A stretch of DNA of 64,000 nucleotides from an uncultured virus (IMG/VR IMGVR_UViG_3300024317_000003). Lineage: Duplodnaviria; Heunggongvirae; Uroviricota; Caudoviricetes. The notes under the pieces are model-generated. The model searched no databases and was not told where the DNA came from. It saw only the letters and a list, made by a program, of their open reading frames with translations. The stretch's first letter is position 1, and every line of letters starts with the position of its first letter. Where the stretch lies: IMG/VR virus record IMGVR_UViG_3300024317_000003, one strand, 5' to 3'. The position numbers were made by a program, and so were the translations under genes. This document shows, piece after piece, positions 35,801 through 45,700 of the stretch.

Positions 35801-38299
35801 CTACTTGTCCGACTTCGGCGCTTCGGCTTTGGCTTTAGCGGCCGCTTCGGCTTTGAGTCTGTCGGAAGAAATCTTGCCGTGCGTTTCCAGCTTCAAAGCG
35901 TCGAGTTTGGCCGTCAGCTCGGCGTTAGCGGCTGCAAGTCGATGCAGTAGCGCGGCCGTCTTGCGCTGCTCTTCCATCTGGAAAGCCTGCTGCTTGCGCT
36001 GCTCGGAAGCGGCTTGTTCCTGCGCTTTGAGCTGCAGCTTCGTCTGGCTCTCCTTTGCCTTAATCGCGTTCTTGTCCTGCGTCGCAGCCGCCACTTCGTA
36101 AATCTTTTGCAGTTTGGCAATGACTCCTTCGATTTGCTCGATCTTCTGCTTGTCCTGAGCCATCTCCTGGGCAATAGGCTGCACGATCTTTTGCTCGACT
36201 ACCTGCATCGTCGCCTGTTGCGCCTGCTGGATCGCTTGAATGACGTTTGGCTCGACCTGATCGCCTTTATCCTCTTCGGTATCGATCGTCAGTTTGAAGT
36301 CAGCCGGGGCGCCAGCCATGATCGCCGCCTGCTCGATTAGGCTCAACAGGTTCTTGGCGCCGATCTTCTTGTGCAGGTCTTCCTGTCCGGCCACAGTGCC
36401 GACCACTTGGAAAATGACTTGCGCGATCTCTTTATCCTTCGACCGGTTCGGCCCGATGTTGACAGAGGCAAAGCCTTCGAGGCGCAGCTTCTTTTTATGT
36501 CCGCGGACCAAAACCTTTTCGTCACCGCGATGCTTCACTTCAAAGCCCAAATCTTCAATGTGCTTATCCAGATCCGGTATGTTAGCTGACACTTCGGACG
36601 TGAAAAAGTCGTCGAGGTAATTCTGCTCCGCATCGTATAGCTGCCGCATCCAGGCGTCCGTGCCTTCGTCGATGCTAGTGGATATAAACGATATTCGGTT
36701 ATTGCCACTGCCAGCCGTCTGTAGCACCTCGGCTTTGGATTGCTGATGACTGGCGGCGCTACCCAACTGTTGCGGTGAAACCTGAAGGACGCGCTCCATG
36801 ATGTTGAGCGTTGTGCTCAGGCACTGTAGCTGTTCAGTGATCGGGACCTTTTCGAGTTTGACCGGGTAAAACGCCTGATTCTGCTGCAGGCGCGCGGCCG
36901 CGTTCTTGAAAGAATCGAACGGAATGTACATCGTGCTCTTGTACCGGCGCTCGCCAGCGTTCTGCATCCGTTTGATCTCTTCGGCATCCACGAGGTTAGT
37001 GTCGTAAAACACTACATTGGTGCAATTCTGCCGCATGGTGAGCAGCATCTGCGACAGGATGTTTCCGAGTTGGTCCTGCCAGGGAATGATCTCCAGGGCG
37101 AGACTGGAAGTGCGCGCGGCCTGCTCATCGTAATCATAGCCCATGAACCAAACCGGGTTGTAACCGCAGGGCTCGCTCCAAATGATCGTGTCGTCACCAG
37201 CAACGGTGAACCGATGCCAGACCGGATAAGAGTAATCGCCAAGATCCCAATCCTTCGGTACCAGCTCTTGGAAATGTTCCGTTACGAAAACTGCTTTGTC
37301 ACGATCTTCCGAGGAATTGTACCACGACATTTTATCTTCGCGATTGAGCGGACCGCCCCAGCGCGGCGGCCATTTCATATTACACGGGAACACTTCAGCG
37401 AAGTAATTGCCAGCCAGCGGCGACTGAAACCAGTTGGTACCGGCAAAGATATTTTTCCTGTTCCAGTACATCCGATTGTCGAGGATGGTGCCGTAACTCA
37501 GGATATGCCAATGCCCGGCGAACTTGCAGCCGGTGTTGGTGTTGAAAGAGGTAAGAGGATATTCAAGATCGTAATAGGTTCGGCTCGGGTGCGGGTGCGT
37601 ATAACGGATCCCTTCCTTGACCGTGATCACCTCGGGCTTGCCATTTTCATCGAGTGCAACCTGTTTCTCGTGATCCCACTCTTCACGAGGGAATGCCAGC
37701 ATAATGCCGTATTTGAGCATCTGCTGGATCGCCTGACGGTAAACGGCCGGGTAACCGTACCACGTCGAGAGCTGCTGGCCTAACCCAGTAATTATCTCGC
37801 ACCGCAGCCGGTCCTTGTCCGTGTTCTTTAACGGCTTGTAGGCCAGCAAAGGGACCGTGTTCCGCTCGTTGAAAATGTCGGCGAGGATCGCCGTGACATA
37901 GGCTTTGACGATCGGAATATAAATCTGGAAAAAGACGGGCGGGTTAGGGACGCGACAAAGCTGACCGTCTGCGGCCGGGATCTCTAAGAACAGTTCGGAC
38001 TCGCTCAACCCGTAAGCTTTCAGTGCTTCTGCCGTCTGCACCGCATCCAGATTTTTGCTGAGAATACTATGAACGAGTGTCGGAGTGGTTTGCGCAAACG
38101 GAGTCTCGAAAGACAGATCGATCGCGTGATACGCGCGGTGATCCCTCAGGCAGTTTGTGTAGCCATCACGAATCCGGCCGGAAATCAGATCGACAAGCCG
38201 CTTTTGCCGGTTGGTGTACTCGGCGGGCGGTTTTGACCATATTTTTTTGTAGTCGCCAGCCGAGACCTTGCGGCTCTTGAGGTAAGAGATGTCGACCAT
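35801..38299 (-). CDS. portal protein (P22-like, long C-terminal coiled coil)
   Basis: 832 aa. Q.LKYG, IPWQDQL and a Gln-rich barrel-like tail. Heads the capsid operon. Confidence 0.8.
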   Translation of the reverse strand: MVDISYLKSRKVSAGDYKKIWSKPPAEYTNRQKRLVDLISGRIRDGYTNCLRDHRAYHAIDLSFETPFAQTTPTLVHSILSKNLDAVQTAEALKAYGLSESELFLEIPAADGQLCRVPNPPVFFQIYIPIVKAYVTAILADIFNERNTVPLLAYKPLKNTDKDRLRCEIITGLGQQLSTWYGYPAVYRQAIQQMLKYGIMLAFPREEWDHEKQVALDENGKPEVITVKEGIRYTHPHPSRTYYDLEYPLTSFNTNTGCKFAGHWHILSYGTILDNRMYWNRKNIFAGTNWFQSPLAGNYFAEVFPCNMKWPPRWGGPLNREDKMSWYNSSEDRDKAVFVTEHFQELVPKDWDLGDYSYPVWHRFTVAGDDTIIWSEPCGYNPVWFMGYDYDEQAARTSSLALEIIPWQDQLGNILSQMLLTMRQNCTNVVFYDTNLVDAEEIKRMQNAGERRYKSTMYIPFDSFKNAAARLQQNQAFYPVKLEKVPITEQLQCLSTTLNIMERVLQVSPQQLGSAASHQQSKAEVLQTAGSGNNRISFISTSIDEGTDAWMRQLYDAEQNYLDDFFTSEVSANIPDLDKHIEDLGFEVKHRGDEKVLVRGHKKKLRLEGFASVNIGPNRSKDKEIAQVIFQVVGTVAGQEDLHKKIGAKNLLSLIEQAAIMAGAPADFKLTIDTEEDKGDQVEPNVIQAIQQAQQATMQVVEQKIVQPIAQEMAQDKQKIEQIEGVIAKLQKIYEVAAATQDKNAIKAKESQTKLQLKAQEQAASEQRKQQAFQMEEQRKTAALLHRLAAANAELTAKLDALKLETHGKISSDRLKAEAAAKAKAEAPKSDK

Positions 38300-38321
38300 A
38301 ATCTACCGAGGGCCGACGCCC

Positions 38322-38651
38322 TCAGTAACTCCCGCGACTGCCAGCGTTTCGCCGTCCAATGCCCTGCATCATTCTTCGGACGGCCGGGTTTGGCGGACCT
38401 GCAGCTTCCTTTTCTTCCTCGACCGGCTCGCCCTCGGGCTGTTCCGTCATGCCGGGCTCGGCAGGCTTTTCAGCGCCGGGACTGTCAGCGGACAGCACCT
38501 CGAATTCACCAGGGGAAACCTGCTCGACCTTGAGCGTCACCGTGTAGGTCTGGCCATCTTGCCAGTCTTCCGTGATGGGAAACTGGCTGGGGTTGAGACT
38601 TAGCCTATTATCGGAAGCACCGGCTTCATCGGACATCGGATTACCGTTCAT
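38322..38651 (-). CDS. small acidic protein
   Basis: First gene of the head operon. Confidence 0.65.
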   Translation of the reverse strand: MNGNPMSDEAGASDNRLSLNPSQFPITEDWQDGQTYTVTLKVEQVSPGEFEVLSADSPGAEKPAEPGMTEQPEGEPVEEEKEAAGPPNPAVRRMMQGIGRRNAGSRGSY

Positions 38652-38676
38652 AACTTTATCGCCTTTTCGGTTCTTG

Positions 38677-38706
38677 TTGAACGGCTGTCGGGAAAGCCGC
38701 TATAAT
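38677..38706 (+). promoter_or_regulatory. sigma70-like promoter upstream of terL
   Basis: TTGAAC-18 nt-TATAAT. The spacer is flanked by the inverted repeat CGGCT/AGCCG. Confidence 0.65.
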
Positions 38707-38726
38707 CTCTCGGCACCCTAAAACCG

Positions 38727-40352
38727 GTGCCAGCATCATTGCAAGCAGAAACCGAAGTCAACGACAAGCCTTGGCACCCAGGAACAAGCCCCCGTCAGGA
38801 CGAGCTACGTGACCTGTGCAGACAGAAGAAGTTTGTTTTAGCATCGGGCCCGCGGTTCAGCACCAAGACGATCGGTTGCCTGCATGCCTTCCTCGAACAC
38901 GCTTGGAATACGCCGCGCGGCAACTGTTGCATCGTTACCATCTCCCAAACGGTCGGGTACGATTCAGGTGTGTGGAAGGATTTAGTTGAAATCGTCATAC
39001 CGCAGTGGATCGCCGGTAACTTCGGAATGGATTACGTCCGCGAGCCTTATTTGATGGGTGTGTCCAAGAAGCCCACATGCGAAATCGTGAACCAGACCGG
39101 CGTGGACATGGAACCTAAAGAGCGTAAAGCCAACGGGGGCACCACCGTCCTGCAGCTCGAATCGCTGAAGGTGGAAACTGAAGTTGAAGACAGGTTCAAG
39201 CCGAGACGCTACTCGACCATTTACGTTCCTGAGTTATCGACCTTTCGCCATCTCAAAACTTTCCTCACTTGGTCTGAGACCCTACGCATCATCGGCTTGC
39301 CATCCGACAAACACCTGTTCCTTGCGGATACCAACCCGTCCGATGAAGGCGTTGAGAGCTGGATATACAAGCTTTGGTTCGAGCTGATGGAAATGGACGA
39401 TGACAAAGTACCGATCGAGCTGTCGGCCATTAAGCACAACCTTGGCAGGCTCGACTTCGAAATTGCTGACAACATTTTCGACACGCCCGAACGCATCGCC
39501 GAGCTGGTATCAAAGTACTCCCTGGACGAAGACCTGTACGCTCGCTACATCAAAGGCGAGTGGGTAACCGCCAGTGAAGAAGCTCTCTTCCATAAACTGT
39601 TCCGGCCGAGCTTCCATGTTATCGGCGAAATCGGTTCGTCGGCTAACACCGACCCGGAGATTCTCGTGCCTGAGGAAAACTGCCATCAACTCTACACCGG
39701 CTGGGATCCGGGCTCGTCAAACTCGGCGGTTGTGTTTGCCGAAAAGGCGTTCGCTGAACAGGACGGCCGGATCGTCGGTATCCTGAAGTTCCTCGATGAA
39801 GTGGTTGTAACCGGCGAACCGCACATGCTCGAAGAGCTGGTAGTCGAGGTAATGCGCAAGATGGAGTTTTGGGAAAAGGTCTGCGGACGGCCGCAACGAA
39901 TCGCTTGGCGGCATTGGTCGGACCGGAACGTGTTCGAGCAGCATTCCCCGGAAAGCTCGCGATACTATCACCAGATCATTTTCGACGAGTCATACCTTGC
40001 GATGCAGCGCGGTGAGGTGAAGGTGGCTTCACCGATCGTGCTTGAAGCGGCGCCGAAAGGGCCCGGGTCAGTTGCACAGCGAGTTGACCTTTGGAAAAAG
40101 TTCCTGTTCGATGAGCGCGTGTACTTTTCTGCCGACCGTTGCCCGCGCCTGATCCAGATGAACAAATCGATCAAGCGCGGCACAGCCGCAATACAGGTGA
40201 TTGCCAAAGGCAGCCGGTGGAAACACGTGTTCGACGCCGCAAGCTACCTTGCCAGTGGCGAATTCAGTGAAGACCTGACGCGTGCATGCATAATGAACAT
40301 GGCAAAAAGCAGACGTGCCACGGAATCAAGGTTGGTGACCATTGATCTCTAA
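38727..40352 (+). CDS. terL: terminase large subunit
   Basis: SPRQ, Walker A-like SGPRFSTKT, Walker B IYVPEL, DTNP, DN, RYIKGEW, nuclease GWDPG and C-terminal HVFDAASY. Confidence 0.9.
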   Translation: MPASLQAETEVNDKPWHPGTSPRQDELRDLCRQKKFVLASGPRFSTKTIGCLHAFLEHAWNTPRGNCCIVTISQTVGYDSGVWKDLVEIVIPQWIAGNFGMDYVREPYLMGVSKKPTCEIVNQTGVDMEPKERKANGGTTVLQLESLKVETEVEDRFKPRRYSTIYVPELSTFRHLKTFLTWSETLRIIGLPSDKHLFLADTNPSDEGVESWIYKLWFELMEMDDDKVPIELSAIKHNLGRLDFEIADNIFDTPERIAELVSKYSLDEDLYARYIKGEWVTASEEALFHKLFRPSFHVIGEIGSSANTDPEILVPEENCHQLYTGWDPGSSNSAVVFAEKAFAEQDGRIVGILKFLDEVVVTGEPHMLEELVVEVMRKMEFWEKVCGRPQRIAWRHWSDRNVFEQHSPESSRYYHQIIFDESYLAMQRGEVKVASPIVLEAAPKGPGSVAQRVDLWKKFLFDERVYFSADRCPRLIQMNKSIKRGTAAIQVIAKGSRWKHVFDAASYLASGEFSEDLTRACIMNMAKSRRATESRLVTIDL

Positions 40353-40710
40353 ACTCCGATTATGCATTGCCCTGCTTGTCGCAGCCCTCTGGACGGATAT
40401 TTTCGACCCAAGCGCCTACCTCCGGATATGGCGGGCCCTGTCGTTGTGGGCGGGCGGCCTAAAACCCGATGGGAAAGGATTCAGCTCCTTATACGAAGAG
40501 CGCCTTGGCGCTTGCCTCAAATGCCCGTTGTTTTACCGACCCCTTCGGACCTGCGGCTCGCCGTTAAAGAAAGGCTTGAGAGGGTTAGGCTGTTACTGCA
40601 ATATGGAGGCGAAGGCGCGATTAAAAGATGCAACCTGCTGGATCGACGATGAACTCCCCGGAAACACCTACGGATGGGCGGCCGCAGGAATACCAGAACA
40701 AGAACAATAA
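40342..40710 (+). CDS. Cys-rich small protein
   Basis: RLGACLKCP..TC...CYCNMEAKARL..ATC. Confidence 0.7.
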   Translation: MISKLRLCIALLVAALWTDIFDPSAYLRIWRALSLWAGGLKPDGKGFSSLYEERLGACLKCPLFYRPLRTCGSPLKKGLRGLGCYCNMEAKARLKDATCWIDDELPGNTYGWAAAGIPEQEQ

Positions 40711-40714
40711 GCTA

Positions 40715-41311
40715 ATGCCCCCCGGGCCATCTGTGACTACTTCCTGCCCCTCGACACTCCTGCCGGATGATCCGGAACGGATCAAGGACGTTGCCGAGCG
40801 ACCACCGCGCCCGGACGAATTCCCGGTGAGCGAGGTGCCCAGGCGAAAACCCGAAGAGCTGATCGTGCGCGATAAACTGGGGCTCAGTGACAAGTGGTGG
40901 GACGAGACCAAGCGCCTGCTCTGCGAGCAATACGGCGAGTTAATGGCAATGGATCTGAAGATCCCGCGCGTGTTGGTTACCCACGAGATTTTCTCGTACG
41001 ACTTTCTGGATCGGGCTCAGCGGCAATGCGTGCAAATGGCCGAGAACGACGCGTTGAGCGCACAGGACCGGCTGGACGCGGCCGAGATGCTCGGGTACCT
41101 CGCGGACATTGCCACTAAAAAGGCCAAGCAGCTCATCGAGCTGGGCGAAAAGGCGGGCAGGAAAACAGTAGACGCAAAGAAACGAAATCTGCCCCCGAAC
41201 GCAACACTCGTACAGGTGAATGTCGGCAATACTAGCGAGCAAACCAAAGCCACGCACCCTTTGCCTACAGCCAGAGTTGAAGGTAAGCAGGTAAAGATGG
41301 GTGCTGGATAA
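40715..41311 (+). CDS. hypothetical helical protein (possible terminase small subunit; start uncertain)
   Basis: Helical core with DRLDAAEMLG and a VQVNV tail. Located near terL. Confidence 0.5.
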   Translation: MPPGPSVTTSCPSTLLPDDPERIKDVAERPPRPDEFPVSEVPRRKPEELIVRDKLGLSDKWWDETKRLLCEQYGELMAMDLKIPRVLVTHEIFSYDFLDRAQRQCVQMAENDALSAQDRLDAAEMLGYLADIATKKAKQLIELGEKAGRKTVDAKKRNLPPNATLVQVNVGNTSEQTKATHPLPTARVEGKQVKMGAG

Positions 41312-41365
41312 TCCGCCTGAGATTTTCTGTCTCCGTTTGGGGTTGCCCGCCATTAGACTCTTCCT

Positions 41366-41596
41366 ATGTCTGGAAACTATTCACCAATGGGAGAACGCAG
41401 AGGGCCATTCCCGGCCGCACTGCCGTCTCAGGTTCGGACTTCAGGAGAAGCATACACCGGAGTAGGCTCGCCGGAAGGGTTGGTTCCCGGGATGCCGGGC
41501 CAACTTTACAAAGACAACAACACGCACGATCTCTGGCTGAAAATGGCGGGAACCGGTGAGACCGGTTGGCAAAATATCGGAGTTGCTCCAAGCTGA
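41366..41596 (+). CDS. small fibre-attachment-like protein
   Basis: GVGSPEG.V.G.PGQLY.D.....W.K..GTG.TGW. Confidence 0.65.
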   Translation: MSGNYSPMGERRGPFPAALPSQVRTSGEAYTGVGSPEGLVPGMPGQLYKDNNTHDLWLKMAGTGETGWQNIGVAPS

Positions 41597-41601
41597 CAGC
41601 T

Positions 41602-43440
41602 ATGCCAAGAGCTGCACAGAGAAATCCCTGGACAACCGTATCGCTCACCCCGCTGATCGGTTTGCTCGACACGCGATCGCGCCCGGCCGACATCCCCGCA
41701 GGTGCTTGGCGTTGGGCGCTCAATTTTCAGACCACATCGGAAGGCAAACGCTGCCGCCGAGACGGGCACTTGCGCGCGTTCGATGACGTTGTAATCGACG
41801 GCCGTTACCAAAATCAGGATCTGCATCACCAGGGTGCTACGCGCCAGCCGATCACGTTCGAAATGGAGACCACCAAGAGCGACGGCACCAGAAGATTTTA
41901 CGCCGGGACGCAAAGCCGCATCTACCTGCTCGATGAGGCAACCGGCTTGTATGACACCATCGCCAGCGGGTTCGGGGCGCCGGGCTCCTACTGGCGCGCG
42001 GACGTTCTGCAAGACGTGATCCTGTTCACCAACGGCAATCCCGGTGACCAGATCCTGCAAAGCACACTTGGAACCAACACGACGGCGCCGGTATCGGACT
42101 TCTACGCCGTCTGGCCAAACCAAAGTGTTCCCCAAAACATAAAAGGCGGGCACGTCATCATTCAGTATGCCGGTGTGCTGATGCTGATGAATTTCACAGA
42201 TAAAGACGGGACGCATCCGGTGCGGATCATGTGGTGCGATATAAACAACCCGGCGAGCTGGATCCCTGGAGCCAATAACGGGGCTTCGATCGCCGATTAT
42301 CAGGATCTCGATTACGGGGACGAAATCCTCAACGCGGTTGTAATGCAGGGCAGTGTTTACGTGTTCACCCGACGCGCAATTTGGAAAGTAAGCGTCAGCG
42401 CGGCAGCGTCCAACGCGTCGTTTGCCTTCACCCGGGTTTACGTCGAGCCCCTGAACCAAACCGGCTGCCTCACTTTTCCTCGCACTCTCGTCAGCATGGG
42501 GACCGAGGTGCGGTACATGAGCCGGGACAGTATCTATCGATTTGACCCCTACATTGCCGCACCGGAACGCGAAGACTGGCTGCTGAGAGCGTCCGGTGTG
42601 ATCTTTCGAAAAGCGGATACCGCTCTGTCGGGACTCGATTGCGGAGCGCCTTGCGCCGGTTGGATCCCCTCCAAGCGAGAGTTGTGGATCTCCTGGCCGT
42701 CCGGAACGCACTCGGTCAATAATTGGTCGTTGGTAAACCAAATCGATTACAAGACATCCGATGTTGTCGACCACGGTTACACCGCGTTTTGTAATTTTCG
42801 ACGAACGCCTCAGGGGATTCTCTGCAACGAACGGCAGGATTTCTTGGTTGCCAGCGGTGAAGACTGGACGATCAAATCGTTGGGCGGCGTTTTCTTTCGA
42901 GAAATGGTCCTGATCGCCTCACAGTTGATCGATGACATCGATCTGCTAGACCCGATTTATCAGCAGGTCGGTTACTACAGCATCCTACGAGCGCAGATCC
43001 CTACCGGGTTGTTTGATCGTGACAAAATAGTGCGCAAAGTGTTGGTCGATGACGACATTTCAGAGGAAGCAGCCCCCGGCAAGTACCAGATCAGGATCGG
43101 GAACTCCTATAACATTGCCGATACGAACGAATCGAGCGCGGCCGCAAATCTGCCAGTCAACAATGTTAACATCCGCTGCGCTATCCAGTGGAAGACACTC
43201 GATCAAGTACCTGAATCGGGCTACAAAGGCGAGATCGCCTGTCTGGATCCCGGAACTATCGGCAGCATGACGGCGCGGGGGTTGAAACCGGCGAACGGGC
43301 GAGAGTTTCCATGTTACGAACAAAACCGATTTCTCTGGTTCGAGTTGACGATCATGGAGAAAAACGGAGCGCCGCGAATCGGCACAGACGCTTGCCTGCA
43401 GAGAATTGATTTTGACCTGCTCGCGCTGCCGAAGCCTTAA
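41602..43440 (+). CDS. podovirus tail nozzle / DNA stabilization protein (P22 gp10- or T7 gp12-like)
   Basis: GLLDTRS.P..IP.GA..WALNF N-terminus and beta-propeller-like repeats (LFTNG, RIMWCD..NP.SW, YVFTRRAIW). About 610 aa. Confidence 0.75.
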   Translation: MPRAAQRNPWTTVSLTPLIGLLDTRSRPADIPAGAWRWALNFQTTSEGKRCRRDGHLRAFDDVVIDGRYQNQDLHHQGATRQPITFEMETTKSDGTRRFYAGTQSRIYLLDEATGLYDTIASGFGAPGSYWRADVLQDVILFTNGNPGDQILQSTLGTNTTAPVSDFYAVWPNQSVPQNIKGGHVIIQYAGVLMLMNFTDKDGTHPVRIMWCDINNPASWIPGANNGASIADYQDLDYGDEILNAVVMQGSVYVFTRRAIWKVSVSAAASNASFAFTRVYVEPLNQTGCLTFPRTLVSMGTEVRYMSRDSIYRFDPYIAAPEREDWLLRASGVIFRKADTALSGLDCGAPCAGWIPSKRELWISWPSGTHSVNNWSLVNQIDYKTSDVVDHGYTAFCNFRRTPQGILCNERQDFLVASGEDWTIKSLGGVFFREMVLIASQLIDDIDLLDPIYQQVGYYSILRAQIPTGLFDRDKIVRKVLVDDDISEEAAPGKYQIRIGNSYNIADTNESSAAANLPVNNVNIRCAIQWKTLDQVPESGYKGEIACLDPGTIGSMTARGLKPANGREFPCYEQNRFLWFELTIMEKNGAPRIGTDACLQRIDFDLLALPKP

Positions 43441-43838
43441 AAGGGAAGCTCTCGTTCCTTCTTCCACTTCACACAGAGCGCCGCGAACCGCCGCTTTTGG
43501 TTCGCATCAAGGTGCGGCATTGGATTCTTGGGGTTACGCTCCACCATTCGCCGCAAAATCTTCTTGAACGGCTTATTAAAGTACGGGCGCGGGCCAAGCA
43601 TGGCGCCGCTGCTCGGTTTGATCTCAACAAAATCGATACGCAACGCTTTACAAAACCGGTCGAGAGTACCAAGCGTGATGTCTTTCCACGAGGTTGCCTG
43701 AGAGAGCCGGATGATTGTCGTTTGGGAAAGCCCGGATCTTTCAGAGAGGGCTTCCAGGCCGGGGTGCCTGCCGTTCTCCCGAGCGAAGTAGTAGCAAAAG
43801 AACGGCGGACTAGCTTCAAGCAGGTCCAGCAATTTCAT
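43437..43838 (-). CDS. XRE-like HTH protein
   Basis: LEALSERSGLSQTTIIRL...ITLGTLDRFCKAL. Confidence 0.7.
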   Translation of the reverse strand: MKLLDLLEASPPFFCYYFARENGRHPGLEALSERSGLSQTTIIRLSQATSWKDITLGTLDRFCKALRIDFVEIKPSSGAMLGPRPYFNKPFKKILRRMVERNPKNPMPHLDANQKRRFAALCVKWKKERELPF

Positions 43839-44235
43839 CCTTCGCGTCCTTTACGCGCCATTCGGCTTCATACTCCTTGGCCAATCGTTCGAACACCGGC
43901 AGACCGAGTGTTATCATCTTCCCGGCCATGTCCGCCAGCCGAGCTGACTTCGCGATGATGTAACGGTCACCGCAGATAAAAGCCGTGTAACCGGCATTCA
44001 GATGGTTTTGACAGGTCGGACAGTTAACCGCCTCAGGTAACGCCTTGGTCATCGGACCGTGATCCATTCCGGTACCGCAAATCGGGCACACCTTGCGCGG
44101 AACTAGCGGCGCTTCCTTGCGGCCTTTGCCTCCAATCCTTTTCTCGGCTACAGCCTTCGCGTAGGACGGCAGCATGCCGTGCAGGTGTTTGAGGGTCTCG
44201 TCTGAAGGGCCGGTATTTGGATTGTCGCTACTCAT
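43816..44235 (-). CDS. Zn-finger protein
   Basis: CPICG...CPTCQ. Confidence 0.7.
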   Translation of the reverse strand: MSSDNPNTGPSDETLKHLHGMLPSYAKAVAEKRIGGKGRKEAPLVPRKVCPICGTGMDHGPMTKALPEAVNCPTCQNHLNAGYTAFICGDRYIIAKSARLADMAGKMITLGLPVFERLAKEYEAEWRVKDAKDEIAGPA

Positions 44236-44644
44236 GTGGTATGCCCATCAAAAAATCGCACTCGGCATTGTAAGCCGACCAAGACGCAAAAAGCAATCGT
44301 ATGCAAACATGCTCCCAGCACACGCCGAGCATGTGACCCCAATGATAGGGGCAAGCTGGGTCGTGCCCCGGCTCCTGGCTGAGCTTGTACTTTCCCGTGC
44401 GGTAACCATCCTCGTACATCAAATCGAACTTGTCGGCCGCCTCGGTCGTGATATGGAAGAACCAACAGTAAAACGCCTCGATGCACTCATGCCCCCAAAC
44501 GGCTGCAGCGTGCCGCCAGTCTTTCATCCGCATCACCTGAATAACAAGCTGGCCGCGGTTTCCGGGCCGCGTCCAGTACCAATAACCCACGGTCGTAAAT
44601 CCAGATGGAAACGTGCCGACGGTTTGGAATTTGACCTTGCTCAA
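44228..44644 (-). CDS. HExxE metalloprotein (zincin-like peptidase candidate)
   Basis: TVGYW, DWRH..VWGHECIEA, FD and EPGHDP.CPYH..H.....E. Confidence 0.65.
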   Translation of the reverse strand: MSKVKFQTVGTFPSGFTTVGYWYWTRPGNRGQLVIQVMRMKDWRHAAAVWGHECIEAFYCWFFHITTEAADKFDLMYEDGYRTGKYKLSQEPGHDPACPYHWGHMLGVCWEHVCIRLLFASWSAYNAECDFLMGIPHE

Positions 44645-44647
44645 GAT

Positions 44648-45364
44648 TTAATTCCCCAAGACGTAAGGAGACGGCGGGCTTTTGACCAAGCGCGAACTTT
44701 CCACGGTCATCATCCCCTTGCCCAGCAACCCAATGGCTGTGAATTGTCCCTGTTGGGCGTCGCCCATTGCGGATATTCTGGCTTGCACTTGGATCACGTG
44801 GATCCCTGTGCTCTGGTTTGGAGAGGCAAACGTGAAGCTGTTGGCGCTCGTTGAATCATCGGTCAGACCGATAACCTCAGGTGTTACACAGTTGGTATTG
44901 AGCATGACAGTCAGGGCGCCGGACGCATTGGTGGCAATCGACAAGCAACCCGCGATCGCGCCTTCGAGGGTCGCGCTCAGCGTCTGCGTGCGCTTGCCGT
45001 ACGTCACTTCCCCTGGCGCTGCAAGAACACCGTCGATCAAAACGCGCACATTCACGCAGGCGGTCGCCGTTGATGTGTCCTGCACCATGTTCTTGCTCTG
45101 CACGGTCGTACTGGTGAGCAACCCCACCTCAAAACTTGGAGTTACGACAAGATCCCATTGGGAAGCGGTTTTCAGGGACTGCTCCAATACCGTAGACCAG
45201 GGACTGGTAACGGGCCCACTACCCCCGGTTGACGCCTTAAACGGACCAAGTAACGCCGTGTATGACGTCTGAAATGTCGCCTTGGCATTGGCGTTGATGC
45301 TCTGTCCGAAAGCTGGCACGGCTAACAATGCCAGCCCGATAATTAAACTGAGTGATTTTTTCAT
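44648..45364 (-). CDS. secreted beta-rich protein
   Basis: Signal peptide MKKSLSLIIGLALLAVPAFGQ. Confidence 0.75.
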   Translation of the reverse strand: MKKSLSLIIGLALLAVPAFGQSINANAKATFQTSYTALLGPFKASTGGSGPVTSPWSTVLEQSLKTASQWDLVVTPSFEVGLLTSTTVQSKNMVQDTSTATACVNVRVLIDGVLAAPGEVTYGKRTQTLSATLEGAIAGCLSIATNASGALTVMLNTNCVTPEVIGLTDDSTSANSFTFASPNQSTGIHVIQVQARISAMGDAQQGQFTAIGLLGKGMMTVESSRLVKSPPSPYVLGN

Positions 45365-45440
45365 GGTCGGATGCTGCACAGATCACGAGGGCAATAGCAA
45401 TCCGGAAGTGCCCAAGAAGTCGAGCCTGTTCCAGATCGAG

Positions 45441-45545
45441 GTGAATGATGAGCGTTCCGCGATTGCCTTTTTCGGTCCAATACCAGTAACCAACAGTTGT
45501 GAACCCGGACGGGTAATGGTCGACTGTCTCGAATTTGACTTTCAT
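45441..45545 (-). pseudogene. truncated paralog of the HExxE gene (N-terminal 35 codons)
   Basis: 25 of 33 aa identical to 44228-44644, then diverges before HExxE and runs out of frame into the next gene. Confidence 0.65.
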
Positions 45546-45574
45546 AAGTGCGCCGCACGCAACCTTAGTAACTT

Positions 45575-45700
45575 TTAGTCGGCGGCGATTGTAGGCTTAC
45601 TTCGGTTAGCTCGCCAGTTCCATCGTAATTGTTTGCTGAAGCCCCACCAGCCCACCGTTAGCCAGCCGTGTGGAGTGCCGTTAACCCGAATAATTTTCAT
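45575..45700 (-). pseudogene. short ORF resembling the HExxE-gene N-terminus
   Basis: PHGWLTVGWW compared with PSGFTTVGYW. Confidence 0.45.

Noticed and set aside
41506..42774. 422-aa antisense ORF (also 31944-32879, 17047-17877 and similar)
   Set aside because: These are shadow ORFs opposite well-supported genes in GC-rich DNA, with no recognisable motifs.
44536..45545. Duplicated HExxE N-terminus as a DGR template/variable repeat pair
   Set aside because: The differences are mostly synonymous and not adenine-specific, and no reverse transcriptase is present in the window.
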